Source: Acidobacteriaceae bacterium (GTDB lineage Bacteria; Acidobacteriota; Terriglobia; Terriglobales; Acidobacteriaceae). From it: a stretch of 35,666 nt of DNA. Location of the stretch: the NCBI GenBank assembly GCA_049585375.1, contig JBAUZR010000636.1, positions 1-35,666 on the forward strand, read 5' to 3'. The notes under the pieces were generated by a model. That model did not search any database. It worked only from the letters and a program-made list of their open reading frames with translations, and was not told where the DNA came from. Position numbers and translations under genes: made by a program. Positions 17,984 to 25,278 of this stretch are shown one piece after another (position 1 is the stretch's first letter; each line of letters opens with the position of its first letter).

Positions 17984-18888
17984 CAGCAGACCCTCGGTGC
18001 ATCTTTTTCAGGGGGACGTCCGCATCGCGGGCATGAGAGCGCCCGCACCGCCGGATCGGCCCCGGCAGCAACAACCGGCTCAGCTTCGCGCAGTCCCGAG
18101 AACGATCCAATCTCATAGAAACGGTCCGCCGATTCGTGCCCGGCCAGCATCGAGTAATCCGCCAGCCCCGACAAAACATCGCTCAAGTCGAATACAGGAA
18201 CCGTCCAGCGCTCCAGAACCCCCGCGTCCAGCACCTGGAATCCGTAATCGATGTGGTGCATCGTCGTTGACGGGTGCCGCTTGTCATAACGAACTACCAC
18301 CCCCTTGCGGTACTCGACATTGCTGGACCCCCAGCGGTTCTGGTTGCGGTAAACGGTCATCAGCGCCGGCTTGCCCGACTCGCAGAACGCGCGCCAGATC
18401 GGCTCAATCGGCTCCGTCAGCCAGCTGTCGCCATACATCACCAGGAATTGCCGCCCCAGCAGCGGAAGCGCCGCCCGCAGCGCCCCGCCCGTCCCCAGCG
18501 GCGTCTCCCCGTCGTAACTGTACGCGATGGAGAGACCGAAGCCGCTCCCGTCGCCGGCGAACTCCTCGATCTGCTCACCGAGAAATCCGCAGCAGATCAC
18601 CACCTCGCGAATCCCTCCCGCTCGCAACAGCCGCAGCTGATGCGCCAAAAACGGCTCACCGGCAATCTGAATCAGCGATTTCGGCGTGCTGGTCGTCAGT
18701 GGGCGAAGCCGTGTCGCCAGACCGCCCGCCAGCAGCGCCAACCGCGGCGGCCAGTGCGAGGCGCAGTTGCAGCGCGACCGGGCGCTCAGCTTCTCCGCCT
18801 CGGGAAAAAACGGCCCCGATCCGAAGAATCCAGCGAGGCTGGCCAGCGGCGATTCACCTGTCGCGTTAGTTGAGCAATATACGTTCAT
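17983..18888 (-). CDS. hddC: Sugar-1-phosphate nucleotidyltransferase, D-glycero-alpha-D-manno-heptose-1-phosphate guanylyltransferase-like (HddC)
   Basis: ALLAGGLATRLRPLTTSTPKSLIQIAGEPFL...GTGGAL...VMYGDSW is an NTP_transferase fold. The start is uncertain. The ATG at 18888 gives a 49-aa non-homologous leader and a 23-nt overlap with the upstream gene. The TTG at 18741 gives a canonical MALLAGG N-terminus. Confidence 0.8.
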   Translation of the reverse strand: MNVYCSTNATGESPLASLAGFFGSGPFFPEAEKLSARSRCNCASHWPPRLALLAGGLATRLRPLTTSTPKSLIQIAGEPFLAHQLRLLRAGGIREVVICCGFLGEQIEEFAGDGSGFGLSIAYSYDGETPLGTGGALRAALPLLGRQFLVMYGDSWLTEPIEPIWRAFCESGKPALMTVYRNQNRWGSSNVEYRKGVVVRYDKRHPSTTMHHIDYGFQVLDAGVLERWTVPVFDLSDVLSGLADYSMLAGHESADRFYEIGSFSGLREAEPVVAAGADPAVRALSCPRCGRPPEKDAPRVC

Positions 18889-19843
18889 CTGCCTTCATCT
18901 CCTGCAGCGAATGCCGTACGGCCTCGCGGCTGTTCCATTTCGGGAGCCATCCCAGCGACCGCATGCGCGTCGAATCGAGGCGCACCACCGGAACATCCCC
19001 CTGCCAGCCGCGCCGCCCCCCCGTGTATTCCCGTGAGGGCAGCGCGGCCAGGTCCAGAGCCTCAACCGCGAAGTCCGCAATCTGATCGACGGTGACCGCA
19101 TCATCGGTGGCCACATTGAACACGGAGAACGGTGCAGTAGCCTTGCCCGCCGCGCACAGCGCAGCGTCCACCACATCGCTCACATGAACGTACGGCTTGC
19201 TCTGCTGCCCGTCGCCCAGGATGCGCAAACGGTTCGGCTGCGCCCGCAGGCTGCGCAGAAAATCGAAGCCCACTCCATGCGTCTGCCGCGGCCCCACCAC
19301 GTTCCCGAAACGGAGCGCACACGCGCGCAGTCCGAACATCGAGCAGTAGCTGGCGATCAGCGATTCGCACGCCAGCTTGCTCGCCCCATAGGTGGAAACC
19401 GGCAGCATCGGCGCGTAATCCTCCGCGACCACAGTCTCCCCGGCGTCCCCATACACCCCGCTCCCCGAGGCATACAGCAGCCGATGCAGCCCGCTCCGCC
19501 GCATCGCCTCCACCACGTTGTTGGTCAGCAGGGTGCCGCGATAGAAATCGATCTCCGGCAGCTCCACCGCGCGAGCGATATCCGGGTTGGCGGCCAGATG
19601 AATCACCCAGTCATGCCCCTCCATCGTCGCTATAAGCGCGTTGATATCACTGGCATCCGCGCGCACCACGTTCAGCCGCTCATCCGATGTGTGCGCTTCG
19701 TAATGCCATTCCCGTCCCGACGAGAAATTGTCGAAGACCGTCACCCGGCGGGTTTTGGGCGATGCGAGAAGAGTGTCGGTGAAATGGCTGCCGATGAATC
19801 CGGCGCCCCCCACAAGGAAATAACTGGCCTCAGAAAGAAGCAC
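18866..19843 (-). CDS. NAD-dependent epimerase/dehydratase (extended SDR)
   Basis: YFLVGGAGFIGSHF Rossmann motif, a YGASK catalytic YxxxK, and an SGSGVYG block. The GTG at 19843 with an AAGGA SD puts the Rossmann motif at the N-terminus. The ORF-track start is 19921. Confidence 0.85.
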   Translation of the reverse strand: MLLSEASYFLVGGAGFIGSHFTDTLLASPKTRRVTVFDNFSSGREWHYEAHTSDERLNVVRADASDINALIATMEGHDWVIHLAANPDIARAVELPEIDFYRGTLLTNNVVEAMRRSGLHRLLYASGSGVYGDAGETVVAEDYAPMLPVSTYGASKLACESLIASYCSMFGLRACALRFGNVVGPRQTHGVGFDFLRSLRAQPNRLRILGDGQQSKPYVHVSDVVDAALCAAGKATAPFSVFNVATDDAVTVDQIADFAVEALDLAALPSREYTGGRRGWQGDVPVVRLDSTRMRSLGWLPKWNSREAVRHSLQEMKADERILLN

Positions 19844-20096
19844 GAAAGAATCCTTTTCAGCAGATAGTTGATTCAGGAACAGCAGAGAATCCGGAATTGC
19901 CGGAGCGTAATCCGCCCGCAACGATGTCTATCTTTCGTTGCGCGTCCCGAATTGGCAACCGTTTCTGTCGCCGCCATCGTTACGCAAGTCAGGTTGTCGA
20001 TTGGATCAGCAGGGCGTTGCTGGTCGAGCAATGGTTACTTCAGTCAGGTGGATTACCGTGGTGATCCGGCGCAGAAATATTTTTCGAGATCCACAT

Positions 20097-20104
20097 CCCC
20101 CCCC
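20097..20104. repeat. C8 homopolymer tract in the divergent EPS promoter region
   Basis: Read directly: ...CCACATCCCCCCCCGGATAT..., about 90 nt upstream of the GT2 start. Confidence 0.9.
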
Positions 20105-20191
20105 GGATATAAGTCATCCATAAGTTAACAATAAGAGGTAAGCGGCGCACTTAGACCGCAACTGCAGTTCTCTTTGCCTTGGTCTCTCGCA

Positions 20192-21169
20192 ATGCGAAAT
20201 CCAGAACTCATCATCACGGTGGGGATGCCCGTGTGCGATGCCATGCCCTGGCTCCCGGAAGCGATGCAGAGTCTTCTCTCGCAGAGCGTCCGCGGCTTTC
20301 CCATCCTCGCCATCCTCGATGGAGGCAGCGACGGCAGCGCCGGTTACCTGCAGAGCCTCAGACTTCCGCAGTTGCGCGTCGTCCAGCAGCCCCATGCCGG
20401 CGTCACCCGCACCCTCAACCGTCTGCTCCGCGAGACCCGTACCCCCTGGCTCGTCCGCATGGACGCCGACGACGTCTCCTATCCAACGCGCATCGAATCC
20501 CTGCTCGATGCCATCGCGCAATTCCCCGACGCCGGCCTCATCTACTCTCTGGCCGACTATCACCCGCACCAGCGTTGTGCCGGCCAGTTTCGCTGCTCGC
20601 GCGGTACTGCCGATGAGCTCCGCTCCATCGTCGAAGGCGGCCGCCTGCTCTCCATCTGCCACTCCTCCGTAGCCCTCAATGTTCAGAAAGCGATCGCGAT
20701 CGGCGGCTATCGCATGGACCTGCATGCCGAGGATGCCGACCTCTGGTGGCGCATGGCTCGCCTGTATGAGATTCGCTGCATTCCCCAGGTCCTCGTGGGA
20801 TTTCGCCAGAGCGAGCACAGCGTCAGCTCGCGCAACCTCGAGAGCCAGCAGCTCGCTGCCCTCTATGTGCAGTACCTTCTGCTTTCCGATCTCTGGGGAT
20901 TCCCGCCCCAGCCCCTCGGCGAAGTCAGAACGGTTCTCGCAGGCTTTTTGAATCCCTCTGCCGTGCGCGCCAAAGACTGGCTCCGCCGCTGCAATATGCA
21001 TCTGGCCCGGCGTGAACCCTGGCGTGGTGCCGCGGCCTTCGCGCGCTCCATCGGCGCCTCGCCCCGCTATGTCGCCGGCCGCTTCCGTGACGAACTACGC
21101 AAAACCGCGATTGCCAATGGAGTCGCGCCCCAGCTCTTTTGGGAAAGGAAGGAAACTCTGTGGGTCTGA
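20192..21169 (+). CDS. Glycosyltransferase family 2
   Basis: ELIITVGMPVCDAMPWLPEAMQSLLSQS...ILAILDGGSDGS...LVRMDADDVSYPTRIE (GT-A fold with a DxD-like DAD motif). The ORF-track TTG start is 20174. Confidence 0.85.
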   Translation: MRNPELIITVGMPVCDAMPWLPEAMQSLLSQSVRGFPILAILDGGSDGSAGYLQSLRLPQLRVVQQPHAGVTRTLNRLLRETRTPWLVRMDADDVSYPTRIESLLDAIAQFPDAGLIYSLADYHPHQRCAGQFRCSRGTADELRSIVEGGRLLSICHSSVALNVQKAIAIGGYRMDLHAEDADLWWRMARLYEIRCIPQVLVGFRQSEHSVSSRNLESQQLAALYVQYLLLSDLWGFPPQPLGEVRTVLAGFLNPSAVRAKDWLRRCNMHLARREPWRGAAAFARSIGASPRYVAGRFRDELRKTAIANGVAPQLFWERKETLWV

Positions 21170-22077
21170 TGATCGAGACCGATGCGGCTGTCGCCATTCG
21201 AGAGGCAACCGCCAGTGTGAAACCCGTCGAATCCAGGGAGCGCTCCACACGCCTGCCCCTGCCTCCGCGCTTCGTCCTCGGACGCGTTCCCGTTGATCGC
21301 ATCTCCATGGACTATGCCGCCATCCTGCTGGTCGAGGCGCTCCTGCATCGCGGGGAGTTTCCCACCCTTACCGTCGTCGGTCCCAATGCCCAGCTCGTCA
21401 CCCTCGCCCAGAAGGACCAGCTCTTTGCCGAGGCCGTCCAAAAAGCAGACCTCTCCGTTCCCGACGGCATGTCCGTGGTCCTGGCCTCGCGCCTCCTCGG
21501 CGTCCCCATTCCCGAGCGCGTCACCGGCGGCGACCTGATGGAACGGATGTGCGCCGAGGCCGCCCGTTATGGCTTCCGCGTCTTCTTCCTCGGCGGATTG
21601 CCGGGCGCCGCCGAAATGGCTGCCTTCAATCTCCGCCAGCGCTATCCGGGCCTCAATATCTGCGGCACCTGTTGCCCGCCTCCCGGCTTCGAGAACGATC
21701 CAGCCGAGCTGCTCTGGATTGAGAAGACCGTCGAAGAAGCGCGGCCCGACCTGCTCTGCGTCGCCTTCGGCGCACCCAAACAGGAAATCTGGATGCAGCG
21801 CCATCGCGACCGGCTCGGCGTCGGCGTCATCCTCCCCGTGGGCGCGGCCTTCGATACCCAGGCAGGCCTGCAGCGCCGCGCGCCCCAGTGGATGCAGCGC
21901 AACGCCCTCGAATGGCTCTTCCGCGTCATCATGGAGCCTCGGCGCCTGTGGCGTCGCTACCTCATCGGCAATACTCAGTTCATCTTTCTGACCCTGCGGC
22001 AGTGGGCACGCGAAAAACGCGCCGCCTGGAGAGAGCGCCACACCCCCGTCACCCACCACCAACCTGCCGGAGACTGA
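21169..22077 (+). CDS. WecB/TagA/CpsF-family glycosyltransferase (GT26)
   Basis: TVVGPNAQLVTLAQKD..F.EAVQKADLSVPDGMSVVLASRLLG..IPERVTGGDLM...FFLGG.PG.AE....L....PGL.I.G...PPFG...PDLL.VAFG.PKQE.WM...VG.AFD..AG...RAP.WMQ...EWLFR...EPRRLWRRY is the GT26 hallmark. The ATG at 21169 overlaps the GT2 stop (TGATG). Confidence 0.88.
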   Translation: MIETDAAVAIREATASVKPVESRERSTRLPLPPRFVLGRVPVDRISMDYAAILLVEALLHRGEFPTLTVVGPNAQLVTLAQKDQLFAEAVQKADLSVPDGMSVVLASRLLGVPIPERVTGGDLMERMCAEAARYGFRVFFLGGLPGAAEMAAFNLRQRYPGLNICGTCCPPPGFENDPAELLWIEKTVEEARPDLLCVAFGAPKQEIWMQRHRDRLGVGVILPVGAAFDTQAGLQRRAPQWMQRNALEWLFRVIMEPRRLWRRYLIGNTQFIFLTLRQWAREKRAAWRERHTPVTHHQPAGD

Positions 22078-22079
22078 CC

Positions 22080-22928
22080 ATGAGAAGAATCGAAGACTGG
22101 CGCATCCGCCTCTTCAGCGACGGCGCGGATCTGACCAGCATTCTGGAGATGGCGGCTAAACCCTGGATCCAGGGCTTCACCACCAATCCCACCCTGATGC
22201 GCAAGGCCGGCGTCCGCGACTATGAAGCCTTTGCCCGCGACCTGCTGGCGCTTGTGCCCGATCGGCCCATCTCCCTCGAAGTCTTTGCCGAGGACGAAGC
22301 CGAGATGGAACGCCAGGCCATGACCCTGGCTACATGGGGCGCCAACGTCAACGTCAAGATCCCCGTCACCAGTCGTGCCGGCGTCTTCCTCGGACCGCTG
22401 ATCCACCGCCTGGCGAATGCCGGTGTCGCATTGAACGTGACCGCGATCCTCACCCTCGAGCAGGTCGAGCGGGTTGCGGAGGCTCTCCCCCCGCAGGCCT
22501 GGGCCATTGTCTCCGTCTTTGCCGGCCGCATCGCCGACACCGGCATCGATCCCCTGCCGCTTATGGCCTGGGCCAAAGTGCTCCTCCGGCAAAGGCCGCA
22601 GGTCCAGTTGCTCTGGGCCAGTCCCCGACAGGTGCTCAACATCTTCCAGGCCGAGCAGGCCGGGTGCGACATCATCACCCTCCCCCCCGAGATCCTGCGC
22701 AAGCTCGACCTCGTCGGCAAAGATCTCGCCGCCTACTCCCTCGAGACCGTCGACATGTTCCACCGCGACGCGCTTGCCGCGGCCTACACCATCGATACGA
22801 GTCTTCTGCCGAAACCTCCTGTGGCAGACAGGTCAGCGGCTGAGGATGATCTCCGCAGCCTCGGCCAGGTCGCCCGCCAGGACGTCGGCGCACGGATCGT
22901 GGACCGCCAGCTGCGGCCCGGAGCCTGA
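22080..22928 (+). CDS. Transaldolase-family protein (short TalC/FSA-like type)
   Basis: LFSDGADLTSILEMAAKPWIQGFTTNPTLMRKAG...NVNVKIPVT..G......L...GV.LNVTAI.T..Q...VA..........VSVFAGRIADTG.DP contains the FTTNP, KIP and Schiff-base Lys region. The ATG at 22080 follows a GGAGA SD, 3 nt after the GT26 stop. The last 96 nt run antisense into gmhB. Confidence 0.8.
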   Translation: MRRIEDWRIRLFSDGADLTSILEMAAKPWIQGFTTNPTLMRKAGVRDYEAFARDLLALVPDRPISLEVFAEDEAEMERQAMTLATWGANVNVKIPVTSRAGVFLGPLIHRLANAGVALNVTAILTLEQVERVAEALPPQAWAIVSVFAGRIADTGIDPLPLMAWAKVLLRQRPQVQLLWASPRQVLNIFQAEQAGCDIITLPPEILRKLDLVGKDLAAYSLETVDMFHRDALAAAYTIDTSLLPKPPVADRSAAEDDLRSLGQVARQDVGARIVDRQLRPGA

Positions 22929-23426
22929 GCCGATCCGCAGCGTTCGCACACCGGCGGCCCGCCCGCATTCCATGTCCGTCGGCTGGTCGCCGATCATCCA
23001 TGAGTCCGCCAGCGACAGATCGAAGTCATCGCCCGCGCGCTGCAGAAACCAGGGCGATGGCTTGCGGCAGAGGCATAGTCCCGCATACCCCGCGACCACG
23101 CCTTTGGGGTGATGCAGGCAGTAGCAGAATCGCGCAAAGTGAATCCCGGCCCCGACTAGCTCCGTCACAAACTTATGATGGATCAGGCCCAGCATCAGCC
23201 ACGTCGACTTACCCAGCGCATAATTCGGCTGGTTAGAAACCAGAATCAGCGGATATCCACCAGCCTGAAGTCTCTGGAGCGCGGCAATAACTCCCGGTAA
23301 CATCTGAAAATCCTCCGGAATCAAAGGCGATTCCATGCGGCCCGTCGCCGGATTCAGCACCAGCGCATTCAGAACGCCATCGCGATCCAGAAAAACCGCG
23401 CGCCGCCCTACTGCCCCGATTCCCAT
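22833..23426 (-). CDS. gmhB: D-glycero-D-manno-heptose-1,7-bisphosphate phosphatase (HAD-IIIA, GmhB-like)
   Basis: RRAVFLDRDGVLN (DxDG nucleophile motif), LILVSNQP, and C..HHP......Y...C.CRKP (GmhB Zn/Cys-type block), then SWMIGDQPTDMECG. The ATG at 23426 overlaps the gmhA stop by 19 nt. The ORF-track start is 23543. Confidence 0.85.
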   Translation of the reverse strand: MGIGAVGRRAVFLDRDGVLNALVLNPATGRMESPLIPEDFQMLPGVIAALQRLQAGGYPLILVSNQPNYALGKSTWLMLGLIHHKFVTELVGAGIHFARFCYCLHHPKGVVAGYAGLCLCRKPSPWFLQRAGDDFDLSLADSWMIGDQPTDMECGRAAGVRTLRIGSGSGPQLAVHDPCADVLAGDLAEAAEIILSR

Positions 23427-24007
23427 TTCATCTCGTGGCAGCGCAGCCGCGGGTGCGACACCAGCAGGTGCCAGACCACCGCCTGAAACTCCTCCGTGTG
23501 CGGCGTCACCGTCTCCGCCGAAAGCGTGGGGATCACCAGGCACGCATCGGCCATCTGCGCCGTCGTGCCGCCATCCCGCCCGACCACGCCCAGGATACGC
23601 GCCCCCACCTCCCGCGCCAGCGCAAGGCTGGCCACCAGGTTCAGGCTCACCTTGCGCTCAGCATTCCCCCCGCCCACCGAGAAGATAAACACCCCGTCCC
23701 GCGCGCTGAGATGGCTGCCCCGCAGCCACTGCGCATAGCAGCACTCCCACCCCTCATCGTTGATCCGCGCCGTCAGCTCGGAGACGTTATCGGTGGGCGC
23801 GTACGATTCAATCCCGGCGATCTTGCGAAAATCGTTGACCGCGTGGCCGGCGTGCCCCGCGCCGCCCCCCACACCCAGAAAAAACAAGCGCCCCTGCTTC
23901 CCGCGAATCTCCACCAGCAAATCGACCATCCGGTCGATGGCCGCAGCATCCAGGCTCGCAGCAATCCGCCCGACCTCACTGAGATAGCTGACCGTGTAGT
24001 CGTTCAC
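23408..24007 (-). CDS. gmhA: Sedoheptulose-7-phosphate isomerase (SIS domain, GmhA-like)
   Basis: RLFFLGVGGGAGHAGHAVNDF.K...............ELTARINDEG...........VFIFSVGGG.....VS.NLV.....A...GA.ILGVVG.DGG......D......T........TPHTEEFQAVVWHLL. GTG start with a GGAGGAG SD. Confidence 0.88.
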   Translation of the reverse strand: MNDYTVSYLSEVGRIAASLDAAAIDRMVDLLVEIRGKQGRLFFLGVGGGAGHAGHAVNDFRKIAGIESYAPTDNVSELTARINDEGWECCYAQWLRGSHLSARDGVFIFSVGGGNAERKVSLNLVASLALAREVGARILGVVGRDGGTTAQMADACLVIPTLSAETVTPHTEEFQAVVWHLLVSHPRLRCHEMKWESGQ

Positions 24008-24026
24008 CAGAAGGGAACTCCTCCGT

Positions 24027-25061
24027 TCAGCGCGAGGTCCGCCGCAGCGCCGCCGCGTCCGAGGTCCGAACGAACGCGAGCTGCAGCCCAGGAGCCGGTT
24101 CAGAAGCCAGCACCATCTTCTTCAGCATCGAGCTCAGCCATTTGCGCAGTCCCGTAGGAATGCACCCGAAGAAAAAGAACAGCAGAAACGAGCGCATCTC
24201 CGGCCGCCCCTGCGCCAGATACAGCCACAGCAGCGCGATCCGCGCGCTCAGCCCCGCGCGGCTGGCCTGCACCCGCCACGCGCACTGGATGGCAATAAAC
24301 CACGAGAAGGCCCGCGGAGAAATCAACGGCCGCATCCGCAGAATCCAGGCCAGCGATGCCCGCCAGTCCGGCGACCGCCCCACGCTGCTTCGATTCTCCT
24401 CGACCCGCCACAGCACCAGCGGCTGCGCCAGCATCCGCAGACCCACCCCCTTGTGCCCCGCAACCCGAATCGTCCAGTCCCAGTCCTGATGCATCGCCAG
24501 CCCCGCCTGAAACGGCACCGCCAGCAGCAGCTCCCGCGGCGCCAGCAGCGTGGAGCTCTGCATCAAACCGCCAGGATCGCGGAATCCTTCCCGGCAAAAC
24601 AGATAATCCGCCACCGGCTGCGGCCCCTTCCAGGTCCGCGGCGGCAAAACCCGGCTCACTGTAGCCGACTGCGCGATCACCCGGCACGACACCACCGGAA
24701 ACCATTCCGGCATCGCGGCGGCTGCCCGCAGCTGCCGCTCGATCTTCTCCGGCATCCATTCGTCATCATCGTCGAGAAACGCGATCCACTCCCCCCGCGC
24801 TACGCGAACCCCGGCATTCCGTGCCTCCGAACCGCCGCACGCCTGATCCAGAAAGACCGTGCGGATCCTCGCATCGCGCAGCATCTGCAGCTGCGCCTCC
24901 GTCGTCGGATCGGGCCCATCGACCACCACCACCACTTCCATCTTCGGCCACGTCTGCCGCAGCACGCTCCGTATCGCGCCCACCAGAAATCCCGGACGCC
25001 CGCGCGTAGGAATCACCGCTGAAACCAGAGGGCAATCCGCATTGGCAGCAGAAACTCGCAT
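24027..25061 (-). CDS. Glycosyltransferase family 2
   Basis: VSAVIPTRGRPGFLVGAIRSVLRQTWPKMEVVVVVDGPD...GGSEARNAGVRVARGEWIAFLDDDDEWMPEK. The ATG at 25061 is preferred; the ORF-track start is 25100. Confidence 0.85.
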   Translation of the reverse strand: MRVSAANADCPLVSAVIPTRGRPGFLVGAIRSVLRQTWPKMEVVVVVDGPDPTTEAQLQMLRDARIRTVFLDQACGGSEARNAGVRVARGEWIAFLDDDDEWMPEKIERQLRAAAAMPEWFPVVSCRVIAQSATVSRVLPPRTWKGPQPVADYLFCREGFRDPGGLMQSSTLLAPRELLLAVPFQAGLAMHQDWDWTIRVAGHKGVGLRMLAQPLVLWRVEENRSSVGRSPDWRASLAWILRMRPLISPRAFSWFIAIQCAWRVQASRAGLSARIALLWLYLAQGRPEMRSFLLFFFFGCIPTGLRKWLSSMLKKMVLASEPAPGLQLAFVRTSDAAALRRTSR

Positions 25062-25278
25062 GATCGGTTGAGCCGGTTGACTTGAGAATAGGCAACCCAC
25101 CCGGCGCCCGACAGATTACGAGCGGCCTTCTGCTTTACGAAGGTAATGTGGAAGAAGGTGCCCCCTCGAGCCGCAACGCTCACCGGACTCCCGCAATCCA
25201 ATCTCCAGGGCCCCACACAAAACCCCACGATGAAGCGACCGGTTCCAGCGACGAACGGTCCGCGAAGGAGTCAGCACC

